From Spirochaetia bacterium (lineage in GTDB: Bacteria > Spirochaetota > Spirochaetia > DSM-2461), in NCBI GenBank assembly GCA_963666985.2, contig CAXXIA010000001.1, positions 960,001-1,024,000 on the forward strand: 64,000 nt of DNA. Reading direction: 5' to 3'. The notes under the pieces are model-generated. The model was given only the letters and a program-made list of their open reading frames with translations, did not search any database and had not been told where the DNA came from. Shown piece by piece: positions 50,840-61,173 of this stretch (the first letter of the stretch is position 1; every line of letters begins with the position of its first letter). A program made the position numbers and the translations under genes.

Positions 50840-52153
50840 CTAAACCGCCGATCCGGCTGTGTTCTTCGGCCAGAACTTTTCAATCATATCTGTCCGAAGG
50901 CCTGTTTCTTCTTTTTCAAAGCATTCGGCAAGAATCTTCCATCCGTTATCCAACGCTTTTTCCAACGGAATATTTACGGATAAATCCATCATCTGACTTT
51001 CAAAAAGCTCGCCATACTTCAGTAATTTTGTATCCCAGGAGGTCATCTGAAAACCCATGGACTGCTTTTCAAGAGCATCTTTGTAAGATGCGTATATCTT
51101 GATCATACCATCCATTAAAGCCCGATGGTCTTCTCTGGTCCTGTCGTTAACCTGTTGTTTCAGACGACTTAATGAGCCGAAAGGTTCAATTCGTCCATTT
51201 CTCAGGTAGTACTGTCCTTCGGTGATATATCCTGTGTTATCAGGTACGGGATGAGTAACATCATCACCAGGCATGGTCGTAACCGCCAGAATGGTAATGG
51301 AACCGGCACCTTCAATATCAACGGCTTTCTCATATCGTGAAGCCAGCTGGGAATACAGGTCTCCGGGATAACCGCGGTTTGAGGGAACCTGCTCCTGAGT
51401 AATGGCGATTTCTTTCAACGCATCGGCAAAGTTGGTCATATCGGTAAGAAGGACAAGAACCTTTTTACCGTCCAACGCAAACCTTTCGGCGACTGCCAGA
51501 GAGATGTCAGGGACCATAAGACTTTCAACAACGGGGTCGGCCGCCGTATGGATAAACAGGATGGAGCGGCTTAAAGCGCCGCCTTCCTCAAGAGTATCCC
51601 TGAAAAAGAGATAGTCGTCGTATTTAAGACCGATACCTCCAAGAATTATCAAATCGACTTCCGCCTGAAGGGCGATTCTTGCCAGAACTTCGTTATAGGG
51701 CTCGCCGGATATGGAAAAAATAGGGAGTTTTTGACTTTCTACCAGTGTGTTAAAAAGGTCGATCATCGGGATACCCGTTCGAACCATGTTCCTCGGGATA
51801 ATACGGCGGGCCGGATTGAATGAAGGTCCGCCGATTGGAATCATGTTTTCCTGAAGGGTCGGTCCCTTGTCCCTTGGTTCTCCCGATCCATTAAAAACCC
51901 TTCCCATGAGATTCTCTGAGTAAGAGACCTGCATAGGCTTCCCAAGGAATCGGACCTCATCTCCTGTTGAGACACCTCTACTTCCCGCAAATACCTGCAG
52001 TGAAACAAGTTCGCCGTCCATTTTGATAACTTCCGCAAGAGATGTTCCAAAGGATGTTGATATCTGCGCCAAGTCTCCGTACCGGATGCCGTCCGCCTTG
52101 ACCGTAATAACGTTTCCTGCGATTGATTCTATTCTGCTGTATACCTTGCTCAT
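50840..52153 (-). CDS. ntpB: V-type ATPase subunit B
   Basis: [43 protein letters not shown]. Confidence 0.97.
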   Translation of the reverse strand: MSKVYSRIESIAGNVITVKADGIRYGDLAQISTSFGTSLAEVIKMDGELVSLQVFAGSRGVSTGDEVRFLGKPMQVSYSENLMGRVFNGSGEPRDKGPTLQENMIPIGGPSFNPARRIIPRNMVRTGIPMIDLFNTLVESQKLPIFSISGEPYNEVLARIALQAEVDLIILGGIGLKYDDYLFFRDTLEEGGALSRSILFIHTAADPVVESLMVPDISLAVAERFALDGKKVLVLLTDMTNFADALKEIAITQEQVPSNRGYPGDLYSQLASRYEKAVDIEGAGSITILAVTTMPGDDVTHPVPDNTGYITEGQYYLRNGRIEPFGSLSRLKQQVNDRTREDHRALMDGMIKIYASYKDALEKQSMGFQMTSWDTKLLKYGELFESQMMDLSVNIPLEKALDNGWKILAECFEKEETGLRTDMIEKFWPKNTAGSAV

Positions 52154-53919
52154 TTCTTAACGTCCTCCAGGATGGCGGCCGCTTTAGGATCGCTGCCGAT
52201 CGTCTTGCTCCGGACCAATTCCCTGATTTCTTTTTCCAGTTTGTTAAAATCATCGCCAAGCCATTCCGAACCGTTATAGTCAAGGAATTTCTGCCTGAGT
52301 TGGTAAAACCAGCGGCGTGCTTCTTCCTTGTCATTCATATCGAGTTCCGAAGCCAGGAATTCCAAAATCAGTTTAAATATCTTTTTCTGCCTCTCCGGTG
52401 TTACAGCTGCATCGACAGGGTCAAAAGAGTTCTGCTGGAAGTATACGGAGTCCAGGAATTCACCTTTCTGAAAAAGGATATAGTCCTGCAGACTGGTTCC
52501 CTCTTCACCGACAACTTTCATCATCGCTTCGATTTCTCCGGAACGAGCCAAAATGTTGTGTGCGTAAGACACTTGATTCTGCGGCATGATACCGTTGTAT
52601 TTACTCCAGGACTCAGTTGGATGGATTGCAGGGTATTTACGTGCATCGGACCGTTCTCTTGAAAGTCCATGGAAAGCTCCAACAACTTTAAGTGTTGCTT
52701 GAGTCACAGGTTCTTCGAAGTTACCGCCTGCAGGGCTGACGGTACCACCAATGGTTACAGAACCTTTCTTTCCATCTTTCAGCTTAACAATTCCGGCTCT
52801 TTCGTAGAACGCCGCTATACTTGATTCCAGATATGCCGGGAAAGCTTCTTCACCGGGAATCTCCTCCAGACGACCCGACATTTCACGCATTGCCTGCGCC
52901 CAGCGGCTCGTTGAGTCGGCCAGAAGAAGAACGTCCAGTCCCATCTGCCTGTAATACTCACCAAGAGTTACAGCTGTATATACGGAGGCTTCACGGGAGG
53001 CAACCGGCATTGATGATGTGTTGCAGATGATTATTGTTCTCTCCATAAGTGATCGTCCTGTTTTCGGGTCGATCAATTCAGGGAACTCTTTAAGGGTTTC
53101 AACAACCTCACCTGCACGCTCACCGCATGCGGCCAAAATCACAACATCGACTTCAGCATGTCGGCTGGTAATCTGCTGCAGAACGGTTTTTCCCGCACCA
53201 AATGGCCCGGGAATACAGTATGTACCGCCTTTTGCAACCGGAAAAAAGGTGTCCATAAGTCGAATTTTGGACACCATTGGTTCACTGGGTTTCATCCGTT
53301 CTTCGAACAGCTGAATGGGCCTTTTCACCGGCCATTCAAAAATCATATTGAAGGTTGCTTTTTCACCGCGGGAATCTTCGGCTTCAACAAGAGTGTCGGT
53401 AACTTTGTATTCTCCGGCGTTCTTTACGTTTTTAACCGTGTATTCATCCCTCATTGTGAAGGGAACCATGATTTGATGTTCAAAAGGGCCTTCGGGAACA
53501 ACACCCAATGTATCTCCAGCCGAAACAACATCACCAACTTCGACTTTTGGTGTGAACTGCCATGCTTTCTCTCTATCAAGGGCGTTTAAATAAATTCCGC
53601 GCTCCAAAAAGAAGCCAGCCTGTTCCGCCAGTTCGGGTAAAGGATTCTGTAATCCATCGTAGACCTGTCCCAAAAGTCCGGGACCAAGCTCTACAGCCAG
53701 CATTTCACCGGAGAACTCAACCGTATCTCCTATGCCGACTCCTTTGGTGATTTCAAAAACCTGAAGCTGAGCCACGTCTCCTTTGACGCGGATAACTTCC
53801 GATTTCAGTCGTTTATCGCCGACAATGACGAATCCGACTTCATTCATGATGACATCGCCTTCAGTGCGAACCGACACCATATTTCCGTTAATTCCGATGA
53901 CTTTTCCGGTTGTACTCAT
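52150..53919 (-). CDS. ntpA: V-type ATPase subunit A
   Basis: [45 protein letters not shown]. Confidence 0.97.
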   Translation of the reverse strand: MSTTGKVIGINGNMVSVRTEGDVIMNEVGFVIVGDKRLKSEVIRVKGDVAQLQVFEITKGVGIGDTVEFSGEMLAVELGPGLLGQVYDGLQNPLPELAEQAGFFLERGIYLNALDREKAWQFTPKVEVGDVVSAGDTLGVVPEGPFEHQIMVPFTMRDEYTVKNVKNAGEYKVTDTLVEAEDSRGEKATFNMIFEWPVKRPIQLFEERMKPSEPMVSKIRLMDTFFPVAKGGTYCIPGPFGAGKTVLQQITSRHAEVDVVILAACGERAGEVVETLKEFPELIDPKTGRSLMERTIIICNTSSMPVASREASVYTAVTLGEYYRQMGLDVLLLADSTSRWAQAMREMSGRLEEIPGEEAFPAYLESSIAAFYERAGIVKLKDGKKGSVTIGGTVSPAGGNFEEPVTQATLKVVGAFHGLSRERSDARKYPAIHPTESWSKYNGIMPQNQVSYAHNILARSGEIEAMMKVVGEEGTSLQDYILFQKGEFLDSVYFQQNSFDPVDAAVTPERQKKIFKLILEFLASELDMNDKEEARRWFYQLRQKFLDYNGSEWLGDDFNKLEKEIRELVRSKTIGSDPKAAAILEDVKK

Positions 53920-54464
53920 CAGTGTGTTCCTCCTGAGGCTTCCAGCACGCGGGTGTAAATGTCTTGGTAGGCCGCGAAGCCCCTCGCCTCGTCGAATTTC
54001 GCTCGACGTTCGAGGATCTGCAGCTTCAACCTATAGCTGCGCAAAAACTCGATATCGTAATAATGTCCTGTTTCCAATTCATCCAGGACAGCCCAGCGAG
54101 CTGATATGAGAAGCATTTCAGCTTCCAATGGCGTAGAGGCATTCATGGCAGCCGCTGCCGTTGAAGCTGTTCCGAAAGCCGCATCGGCTTCCCTAAGGTA
54201 TTGGGCCGGATCAAGAGATTGCTCGGACGCTCTTAATCTGACCAGATCATTTCGGAGACTTCTCTCCCAGGACCTGTAATCACGGCAAATACCGGCTGAT
54301 TCAGGCCCATCGGGATCCAGCGTTGCATTCTCTATCCCCAAATATTCTTCATCTTTCATGAAGAGTCTGCAGGACTCCAATAAATAGTCGCTATCTATTG
54401 GCGGCGACTGATCGGGTCCCATCAGCATGGGAAGAGATGCTGAAATGTAATAGTAAGCAGCCAA
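53919..54464 (-). CDS. V-ATPase-associated DUF2764 (subunit C-like) protein
   Basis: YYY.SASLP.L, WERSLRN.LV.LRA, HYYD...L..Y.LKLQ; position between E and A. Confidence 0.85.
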   Translation of the reverse strand: MAAYYYISASLPMLMGPDQSPPIDSDYLLESCRLFMKDEEYLGIENATLDPDGPESAGICRDYRSWERSLRNDLVRLRASEQSLDPAQYLREADAAFGTASTAAAAMNASTPLEAEMLLISARWAVLDELETGHYYDIEFLRSYRLKLQILERRAKFDEARGFAAYQDIYTRVLEASGGTH

Positions 54465-54473
54465 AACGAACTC

Positions 54474-55073
54474 CTATTCCGTAAGAAGTTCACTCAGCTT
54501 GGGATTGAGATATCGACCGAGCATTGCAGCAACTTCAACCTCAGAGAAATCATAGAAAGCAGCTCCATCCTTCATGGAGATTCTAAAGCCGGCATCCAGG
54601 CCCTTGAAAGGCTTAATCTCCAATCCCTTGCCGATTTCTTGTGAAAGTTTTGCACGAAGACCGGATTCAAGCTCCGCGAACGCGGCTTCCGGTAAAAGGA
54701 CATCCGTCGTTCCTTCACTTCCCGCCGAAAGAGCTTTAACGGCTTCCGCGACGGCTTTTTCCAGAAGATCTCCCTTTAAGGAAGCACTTGTCTCGGCTTC
54801 GAGGATCTTGCCGAAAAGCTCTTCGATTTCGCCTTTCACCGTCAAAACAAGATTTCTGCCGGCCTGCCGGATCGCCTCAATTCCGCTGCGTTCCGCTTTT
54901 TCGGCATCGGCGCGGGCCGTTTCCTTGATGGTATCGGCCTCGGACCGGGCCGAACCGACAATCGCGGCAGCCTTTTCTTCAGCTTCGGCAATAATCTTCG
55001 CCGCATTTTCTTCCGCACTTTTAACGGCATCATTCTTGATCTTATCGATCAATTCTTTCAGTTGAACGTCCAT
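54474..55073 (-). CDS. ntpE: V-type ATPase subunit E
   Basis: MD.QL.ELIDKIK, Ala/Glu coiled coil, GFRI, YDFS. Confidence 0.92.
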   Translation of the reverse strand: MDVQLKELIDKIKNDAVKSAEENAAKIIAEAEEKAAAIVGSARSEADTIKETARADAEKAERSGIEAIRQAGRNLVLTVKGEIEELFGKILEAETSASLKGDLLEKAVAEAVKALSAGSEGTTDVLLPEAAFAELESGLRAKLSQEIGKGLEIKPFKGLDAGFRISMKDGAAFYDFSEVEVAAMLGRYLNPKLSELLTE

Positions 55074-55082
55074 GAACCTTCC

Positions 55083-55445
55083 TTAATCCAGATATTTCTT
55101 AACTCTATCTCCAATTCTGTCAATAATGAGGGAAACCAATTTGGGGTAATCCCGTTCTTTTACCAGCTCTTTCAAGTAGTCCTTAAGCGCATCGATCACT
55201 TCGTGATGATCCTCGCTTTTCGGTACCTCCCAGTTCGCCACATCGGCTTCGAGCTTCTTTACACAGGAAACTTCCTTCATCAGAAGCGCTCGATTTTCCA
55301 TATAGACATAAGGAGTGATTTCTCTTTTGTCGTATTTTATCGAATAATATTCAAGCAGCGATTTAACATCATTCTCAACTTCTTCAAGCTCAATACGAAA
55401 GACTTTCAACGCCAACGACAATCGGTCTTGCATATTAAACTCCAT
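55083..55445 (-). CDS. hypothetical helical protein, first gene of the V-ATPase operon
   Basis: 120-aa ORF ending 9 nt before the ntpE start; promoter directly upstream. Confidence 0.7.
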   Translation of the reverse strand: MEFNMQDRLSLALKVFRIELEEVENDVKSLLEYYSIKYDKREITPYVYMENRALLMKEVSCVKKLEADVANWEVPKSEDHHEVIDALKDYLKELVKERDYPKLVSLIIDRIGDRVKKYLD

Positions 55446-55467
55446 TCATCCGGCAATCTTCAATATA

Positions 55468-55495
55468 ATTATAGAAACACAATAAAAAAGTGCAA
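55468..55495 (-). promoter_or_regulatory. sigma70 promoter of the V-ATPase operon
   Basis: TTGCAC (55495-55490), 16 bp, TATAAT (55473-55468). Confidence 0.6.
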
Positions 55496-55506
55496 ACCCT
55501 TCTTCT

Positions 55507-55908
55507 TTATATAACGGAACCCAAACTGAAATCCCCAACTATTTTTAATAAGTTTCCGTCGCGCTTCAACTCAAGTTTCCTTCCCGGGAAGAATTCGGGG
55601 AGTTTTTCTCGTACCAGATTTTCAACCTCCGATTCGAGTTTTTCCCGAACCTCGAAAGGCACGTTTTCAAGAGTTGATATCCGCATCTGAATAACGTATC
55701 CCCTTCCGAAACGGCTGCCGTATCCGGCCGAAAAATCGGCGCCGATATTGAAAAGCCCGTCCATTTCCTTGTTGGCGGTTTTCCCTCTGGCGGGTCTGTT
55801 CGGATGAAGAAGATATTCTTCGCCGTATCGATTCTCCAGCCAATCGTCAATTTCATCGAACAGAAGCTTGAGCGTTTTGTCCCATTTAATCGACTTGTTG
55901 TGCATCAT
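55507..55908 (-). CDS. conserved-looking hypothetical protein
   Basis: 133-aa ORF with protein-like motifs (LHPNRP.RG.TAN..MDGLF.IGA.F..GYGS..GRGY). Confidence 0.75.
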   Translation of the reverse strand: MMHNKSIKWDKTLKLLFDEIDDWLENRYGEEYLLHPNRPARGKTANKEMDGLFNIGADFSAGYGSRFGRGYVIQMRISTLENVPFEVREKLESEVENLVREKLPEFFPGRKLELKRDGNLLKIVGDFSLGSVI

Positions 55909-55918
55909 GGAGATGCTC

Positions 55919-56548
55919 CTACCAAAGAACCGTCCACCTCGTCCTGTCTTCGGATGAAAGAAGATCGGATAAGGTTATTTCCAGTACCGCATCACGGCCG
56001 TCAAGCCGCCCTATTCCGCAATCGGCGGGTTTGGAAGGAGGACGGAAACTGAAGATAAATCTCGTTTCTCCGGCCGACCGAATCAAGCTTTCGGTAAGGA
56101 TTTCATCGGATTCGCCTAAGGAAACGGGCGAAGGGAGATTGAACTCCATCCGGCCTGTTTTCCCGTCGGATTCCAAAGAAAGATCGAAATCCATATAGGA
56201 GGCTAAATCTTTTATGGATTTCGATTCCAAATCGACACGAATCCATTCAGAACCGTCCGATTCACTTCCCGTTCTGTAGTGTTTCACCTCCGTTCCCGGA
56301 AAAGAAACCGATCGGAAGCGAAAATCCTTCTCCGTCAGCGGGAAAGGCCAAGGTTCATCGGCTCCGAATCCTCTTCCGAATTCGGCCGCTTCCGACGACA
56401 ATCGATAGGTAATACGCGTTTCAACCTTCCCGGAGCGCTTAAGCGTGATTCCGGTTTCCATATCCAGACACGAAGTCGTTCCCAAAACGGCGATAAGGCA
56501 AAGAAGCACCGTTTTGAAACTGTTTTTATTCAGAAATGACTTATTCAT
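55919..56548 (-). CDS. hypothetical lipoprotein
   Basis: Lipobox TTSC followed by beta-rich domain. Confidence 0.7.
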   Translation of the reverse strand: MNKSFLNKNSFKTVLLCLIAVLGTTSCLDMETGITLKRSGKVETRITYRLSSEAAEFGRGFGADEPWPFPLTEKDFRFRSVSFPGTEVKHYRTGSESDGSEWIRVDLESKSIKDLASYMDFDLSLESDGKTGRMEFNLPSPVSLGESDEILTESLIRSAGETRFIFSFRPPSKPADCGIGRLDGRDAVLEITLSDLLSSEDRTRWTVLW

Positions 56549-56606
56549 ACGATAATCCTAGCCCGGAGCGCCGATTCGGTAAACAAAGATTCCTCACCCG
56601 ACTCGG

Positions 56607-57518
56607 CTACCAGCGCTCCTTTTCCTCCAAATCTTCGCGAATCCTCAGATAATTTTCATATCGGTCGGGATGAATCAGACCGTCCCGAACCGCCTCGATA
56701 ACGGCGCATCCCGGTTCATGCCTATGGCTGCAGGGCTGAAAGCCGCATTCCCGTTCATAGTCCGCGAAATCCGGAAACCAATGAGGAAGATCCGCCGCGG
56801 CCACACCATGGACCAAAATTTCCCGAATCCCCGGTGTATCGACGAATCGGGCTCCCCATTCCGAATCAAGCAGCCTTCCGAAATTCGTTACGTGACTTCC
56901 CCTGTCGTACTTCGCGGAAATCTTTCCCGTGGCCAAGTTTATTCCCGGTATTAATGCGTTCAGCAAAGTCGATTTTCCCACACCCGAGGGGCCGAAGAGA
57001 CAAACCGTTTTGCCTCGGGAAACATTTTTCAATTCCTCAAGTCCTTCTCCGCTTTTCGCGGAACATCTCATAACGTCTATGCCGAGATGTTCCCAAGCGG
57101 CGATTCGCTCTTCAATCCAATCCTCTCCGCCCTGATCAATCTTATTCAGGAGCACGGCCGAAGGAACGCCGCCTTGAGACGCGCCGATTAAGGCTCTGTC
57201 CGCGAACCGAGGACGGAAAGGCGGTTTTTTAGCCGAAACAACGATCAGAAGAAGATCGATATTGGCGGCATGAGTCTGCCAAGCTTCTCTTTTCCGATTC
57301 CATCGTGAAAAATGATTCCGTCTCGGCTCTCTTTCTAAAATCAGCCCTTTCCCATCGCCGCTTTCCTCAAAAGAAACGCCATCACCGGGAGCCAGAGGAT
57401 TGTAAAGGCTTTCCTCGCTTTTCAAGATTTTCCCCTTGATTCGGCATTCATACGCCGAACCGTCGGGGGTTCTCACGTCGTAGATATTATTGATTCCGCT
57501 GTAGACGGTGCCCTTCAA
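56607..57518 (-). CDS. rsgA: ribosome small subunit-dependent GTPase A
   Basis: NKID, GPSGVGKS, DTPG, C.F.PC.H.HEPGC; TTG start overlapping the murI stop. Confidence 0.95.
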   Translation of the reverse strand: MKGTVYSGINNIYDVRTPDGSAYECRIKGKILKSEESLYNPLAPGDGVSFEESGDGKGLILEREPRRNHFSRWNRKREAWQTHAANIDLLLIVVSAKKPPFRPRFADRALIGASQGGVPSAVLLNKIDQGGEDWIEERIAAWEHLGIDVMRCSAKSGEGLEELKNVSRGKTVCLFGPSGVGKSTLLNALIPGINLATGKISAKYDRGSHVTNFGRLLDSEWGARFVDTPGIREILVHGVAAADLPHWFPDFADYERECGFQPCSHRHEPGCAVIEAVRDGLIHPDRYENYLRIREDLEEKERW

Positions 57519-58312
57519 GGAAGCACTCCAGCCCAATCAAGACCGAATCTTTCGGCGAATTCCTTGTATCGGGAATTCTTATCGGAAGATTTCGTTACGT
57601 AAAATCCGCCGCGTCCCTGATCGGTTCCGTCCGTTTCGGCTTTTCCCTCGATGAGTGAAAGGATTCGTCTCCCAACGCCGTCTCTGGAATCGACGAGTCG
57701 AACCGCATCTCCGAGATAGGCGGCGATCGGGTTCATCACATGCAGAAAATGGGTACATCCGATAACAACCGAATCAACGTGTGAAGATTTCAGCTTCAAA
57801 AGGGCCCGTTCCATAATCGGCAAAGCCCCTTCATCTCCTTCTTCAAGCCATCGCTCCTCAACATAGCGGACGATATCTCCCGCGGCGACTTTAACAACGG
57901 GTTTCCCCGCGGCGAACGAATGAATCAGATTCTCCAGATATGCCGATTGAATCGTTCCCTGGGTCGCCAGCACGCCCATGGGCCCTTTTCCCGGAAGCTG
58001 TCCGGCCGATTTTACCGCCGGAACGGTTCCCACGACGGGACAGGGCGCGAATTTTCTTACCTCATCAAGAGCCGCCACCGAAGCGGTGTTGCAGGCGATG
58101 ATGAGAATAAGCGGTGTTCCGGCCGAGAAAATCTTCTTTGCCGTTGCGGCTACGGCATTCCTGATTTTTTCATCGGAAGACTCTCCATAAGGGAAATTCG
58201 CGTTATCGGCGACATAAGAGAGCGTAAGAGAACTCCGATGCTTTTGAATCCATTCCAGATAAGGAAGACCGCCGATTCCGGAATCAAGAAAGACCAAAGA
58301 AGAATTAATCAT
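57515..58312 (-). CDS. murI: glutamate racemase
   Basis: DSGIGG, FPYG, ACNTAS, GCTHF. Confidence 0.95.
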   Translation of the reverse strand: MINSSLVFLDSGIGGLPYLEWIQKHRSSLTLSYVADNANFPYGESSDEKIRNAVAATAKKIFSAGTPLILIIACNTASVAALDEVRKFAPCPVVGTVPAVKSAGQLPGKGPMGVLATQGTIQSAYLENLIHSFAAGKPVVKVAAGDIVRYVEERWLEEGDEGALPIMERALLKLKSSHVDSVVIGCTHFLHVMNPIAAYLGDAVRLVDSRDGVGRRILSLIEGKAETDGTDQGRGGFYVTKSSDKNSRYKEFAERFGLDWAGVLP

Positions 58313-58595
58313 CGGAGAAAAGACTGTTGAAAGCTTTCCGGGCTTCTTCTTGAGAATCGGAGCTTTGAGCTTCGGCGGTTTTACCGCCGATTGACGGAGT
58401 AAACCAATCGCAGAAATTGGCTCTGTCTTTATCGGCGACAAGTTCGCCGACCGGTTCCAGACAATCATAAGCCGCACCCGGAGAAAAGTGACGGCAGTTG
58501 CGGCAGGTTTTTAATTCTTTTCCGCATTGATCGCACAGAGTATTACGGTAGACGGGAGCTGTGTACGGAGCACCGCAATGCGCACAATTAGGCAT
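58305..58595 (-). CDS. small 8-Cys putative zinc-binding protein
   Basis: CAHC, CDQC, CRNC, C, ANFCDWF; overlaps murI start. Confidence 0.75.
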   Translation of the reverse strand: MPNCAHCGAPYTAPVYRNTLCDQCGKELKTCRNCRHFSPGAAYDCLEPVGELVADKDRANFCDWFTPSIGGKTAEAQSSDSQEEARKAFNSLFSDD

Positions 58596-58708
58596 GAAGA
58601 TATGATAATCCTCCATTTCCGATTTCATCAATAAAGTCTTTTCGGCATTCCGTGCCGAAACCATGGGAATTATTGCGTCTTAAGGGCGGTATGTATATCC
58701 TTGGGGAT

Positions 58709-59308
58709 GTGTACGAATACCCTAATTGCGGATACAGCGGATGCTCGGATAAATCTTGGGCGGGTTCGGGATTCTGTAAAAAACACCATCCTTCGCCCGA
58801 AAACCATCGTCGAGCCGTAATCGAAGAACTTTCTTCCGGCAAACGGAGTTATGAAGGGAGGGACTGGTCGCATTTGGATCTGTCCGGTATCGACCTTTCC
58901 GGAAAAGACTTCCATTATTGCCGTTTTTCCGGTGCCGTTTTAAAGGGCGCGATCTTTAACGGCGCGGCATTTCTTATGTGCTTTCTGGACGATACCGATG
59001 CCTCTGATTGCCGTTTCGAACATATCAGAATGATGAACGGCCTGGCCGCCGGAGCCGATTTTTCCCGTTCTTCATTCATTGGATCGGATATCATCAATAC
59101 GAATTTCATCGGCATTTCGGCGATCAAGGCGATTTTCGATGAGTCCGATCTCTTTTACAGCCGATTCATCGGTGCGAATTTACAGGAATCGTCATTTCGC
59201 GACTGCAATCTCAAAAGGGTGGATTTTACCGAATCCCTTCTTCGCGGAGTTGCTTTTAACGATTCAAATCCGGAAGAAGCGTATATACCGAGGGCTGATT
59301 TTTCATGA
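58709..59308 (+). CDS. pentapeptide-repeat protein with N-terminal Cys/His motif
   Basis: A.F/L pentapeptide repeats; CGYSGC...FCKKH; GTG start chosen 7 nt after TTGCGT-17-TATCCT (alternative ATG at 58691). Confidence 0.82.
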   Translation: MYEYPNCGYSGCSDKSWAGSGFCKKHHPSPENHRRAVIEELSSGKRSYEGRDWSHLDLSGIDLSGKDFHYCRFSGAVLKGAIFNGAAFLMCFLDDTDASDCRFEHIRMMNGLAAGADFSRSSFIGSDIINTNFIGISAIKAIFDESDLFYSRFIGANLQESSFRDCNLKRVDFTESLLRGVAFNDSNPEEAYIPRADFS

Positions 59309-59889
59309 AGATTCTAAGTCATTTTCCGGCGATCGGGGTGAGCAACACATACCTTATCGGTCCCGATAACGGAGGCGATGCGGTCTTGGTTGATCCGGGA
59401 CAGTTTGATGTTGAGCTTTTGAATCTGATCGAGGATAACGGTTTTTATATTAAGGCTGTTTTGGCCACGCACGATCATGGGAATCACGTTCAGGGATTGA
59501 AAACCCTTCTGAAAATCTATAATGCCGATATTTTCGCGGGCAGCGATCATGTCCTGGGTTTTCCTTCAACAACGGTAAACGATGGAGAAATATTCCGAGC
59601 GGCGGGTTTCGATGTTGAAGTTCAATATGTCATCGGACACAGCTTCGACAGCCGAATCTACAAAGTCGGCACCGTGCTTTTCACCGGCGATATCATCTCG
59701 GCGGGCCGATGCGGCACCACCTTAACAACTCATAATCGCGAGTTCATGCTGGAAGCCATCAAAGAAAAAATCTTCCCCTACGACGATGAGATTCTCATAT
59801 TTCCCGGTCACGGTCCTCCGACGAGTGTCGGAATTGAAAAAAAATGGAATCCGGAGATCGGTTCCAGGACTAATCGTCCGGAATACTGA
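59305..59889 (+). CDS. MBL-fold metallo-hydrolase (glyoxalase II-like)
   Basis: THDHGNH, GHS, FTGD, PGHG. Confidence 0.9.
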   Translation: MKILSHFPAIGVSNTYLIGPDNGGDAVLVDPGQFDVELLNLIEDNGFYIKAVLATHDHGNHVQGLKTLLKIYNADIFAGSDHVLGFPSTTVNDGEIFRAAGFDVEVQYVIGHSFDSRIYKVGTVLFTGDIISAGRCGTTLTTHNREFMLEAIKEKIFPYDDEILIFPGHGPPTSVGIEKKWNPEIGSRTNRPEY

Positions 59890-60796
59890 GCTCCAGACGG
59901 TTCATAACGTCTACGAACCGATCCGGAATCGGTGCTTTGAAATTTCTTCGCTCACCGCTTGGAAGTTCGATCGTAAGCTTCCAGGAATGGAGCATTAATG
60001 CGGCATCGGGAAAAAGTGAATCACGGCGGCCGTAGAGAGAATCTCCGAGGATCGGTGCGCCGATGGACTTCATATGAACCCTGATCTGATGGGTTCTCCC
60101 CGTATATATTCGCACACGAACCAAGGAATAATTCCCCGAGCGCGAAAAAACATGGTATCGCGTGAAGGCTTCTTTCCCGTTCGGCGCTCCGGCCGCGAAT
60201 TTCTTTCGTTCCCGTCGGTCTCTTCCTATAGGCGCGTTCAGTTCACCGTTCTCATCGCGCGGTCCGCCTTTTGTTATCGCCAGATATGTTTTTTTAACCG
60301 TTCTATCACGGAATTGCCGTGATAGAACTTCATGAGCTTTCGGATTTTTCGCGGCCACGATCAAACCCGATGTGTCCTTATCGAGTCTGTGTACGATTCC
60401 CGGCCTTACCCGATCGCCGCCGAACAAGGACTCCAGTCCGTCATACCGATAAAGAAGACCTTGAACAAGAGTGCCGTGCATATTTCCATGTGCCGGGTGG
60501 ACAACGACTCCCTGATGTTTATTGATGACAAGACAATCCTCATCTTCATAGAGAATATCCATATCAAGATGCTCCGGATTAATCTCGGAAGCCGCCGGAT
60601 CGTCCCATTCCACGATGATTTTTTCGCCGTCACGGAGTCTCTTGGAAGTTTTTAGTTCCTTTCCGCCGGGAGAAAAAACCCTTACCGTTCTTTTGGCCAT
60701 TTGGCTTCGCGTAAACATGCCCAAGGAGGCGACGAAACTATCGGCGCGAATCTCTTCCTCGTCCGAAAGATCAACGGTGAACTCTTCGCGGTTCAC
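59870..60796 (-). CDS. rluD: RluA/RluD-family 23S rRNA pseudouridine synthase
   Basis: VHP, GIVHRLDKDTSG, TGRTHQIRVH, GDSLYG. Confidence 0.9.
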   Translation of the reverse strand: MNREEFTVDLSDEEEIRADSFVASLGMFTRSQMAKRTVRVFSPGGKELKTSKRLRDGEKIIVEWDDPAASEINPEHLDMDILYEDEDCLVINKHQGVVVHPAHGNMHGTLVQGLLYRYDGLESLFGGDRVRPGIVHRLDKDTSGLIVAAKNPKAHEVLSRQFRDRTVKKTYLAITKGGPRDENGELNAPIGRDRRERKKFAAGAPNGKEAFTRYHVFSRSGNYSLVRVRIYTGRTHQIRVHMKSIGAPILGDSLYGRRDSLFPDAALMLHSWKLTIELPSGERRNFKAPIPDRFVDVMNRLELSIPDD

Positions 60797-61173
60797 TCGG
60801 TCTTTTCCTGATGCTTGCGTTTTCCTATGTTGATGCCCATGTCCACTGTGGCAAGAAGCAGGGAAATCCCCGCCGCGGTACCCATTATAATCGCGATGTC
60901 CCTATTGCTCCTCTGCGTTCCCATGGCATAAGTGGAATCCCATTGATGAGAGGCATAAATGGATAAATCATAAATCATTGAAGTGGCGAAAAACGTAACG
61001 GGGAAAGTCCCGAAAGTGACGACTTCAAACCGCCGCAGATCATGGGTCCACATGGGGAATTCGGCCGGATCGTATTCAACCGGTTCTTCCGATTCTTCGG
61101 GCGGAAGCCGTTGGGCAGCCAGCGATGTGCAAATCAGCAGAAATCCCATCAGTAAAAGAGTACGTCTCTTCAT
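60793..61173 (-). CDS. hypothetical membrane protein
   Basis: Signal peptide, EFP.W..DLRRFE...FG.FP motif, TM helices; overlaps both neighbours. Confidence 0.7.
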   Translation of the reverse strand: MKRRTLLLMGFLLICTSLAAQRLPPEESEEPVEYDPAEFPMWTHDLRRFEVVTFGTFPVTFFATSMIYDLSIYASHQWDSTYAMGTQRSNRDIAIIMGTAAGISLLLATVDMGINIGKRKHQEKTE

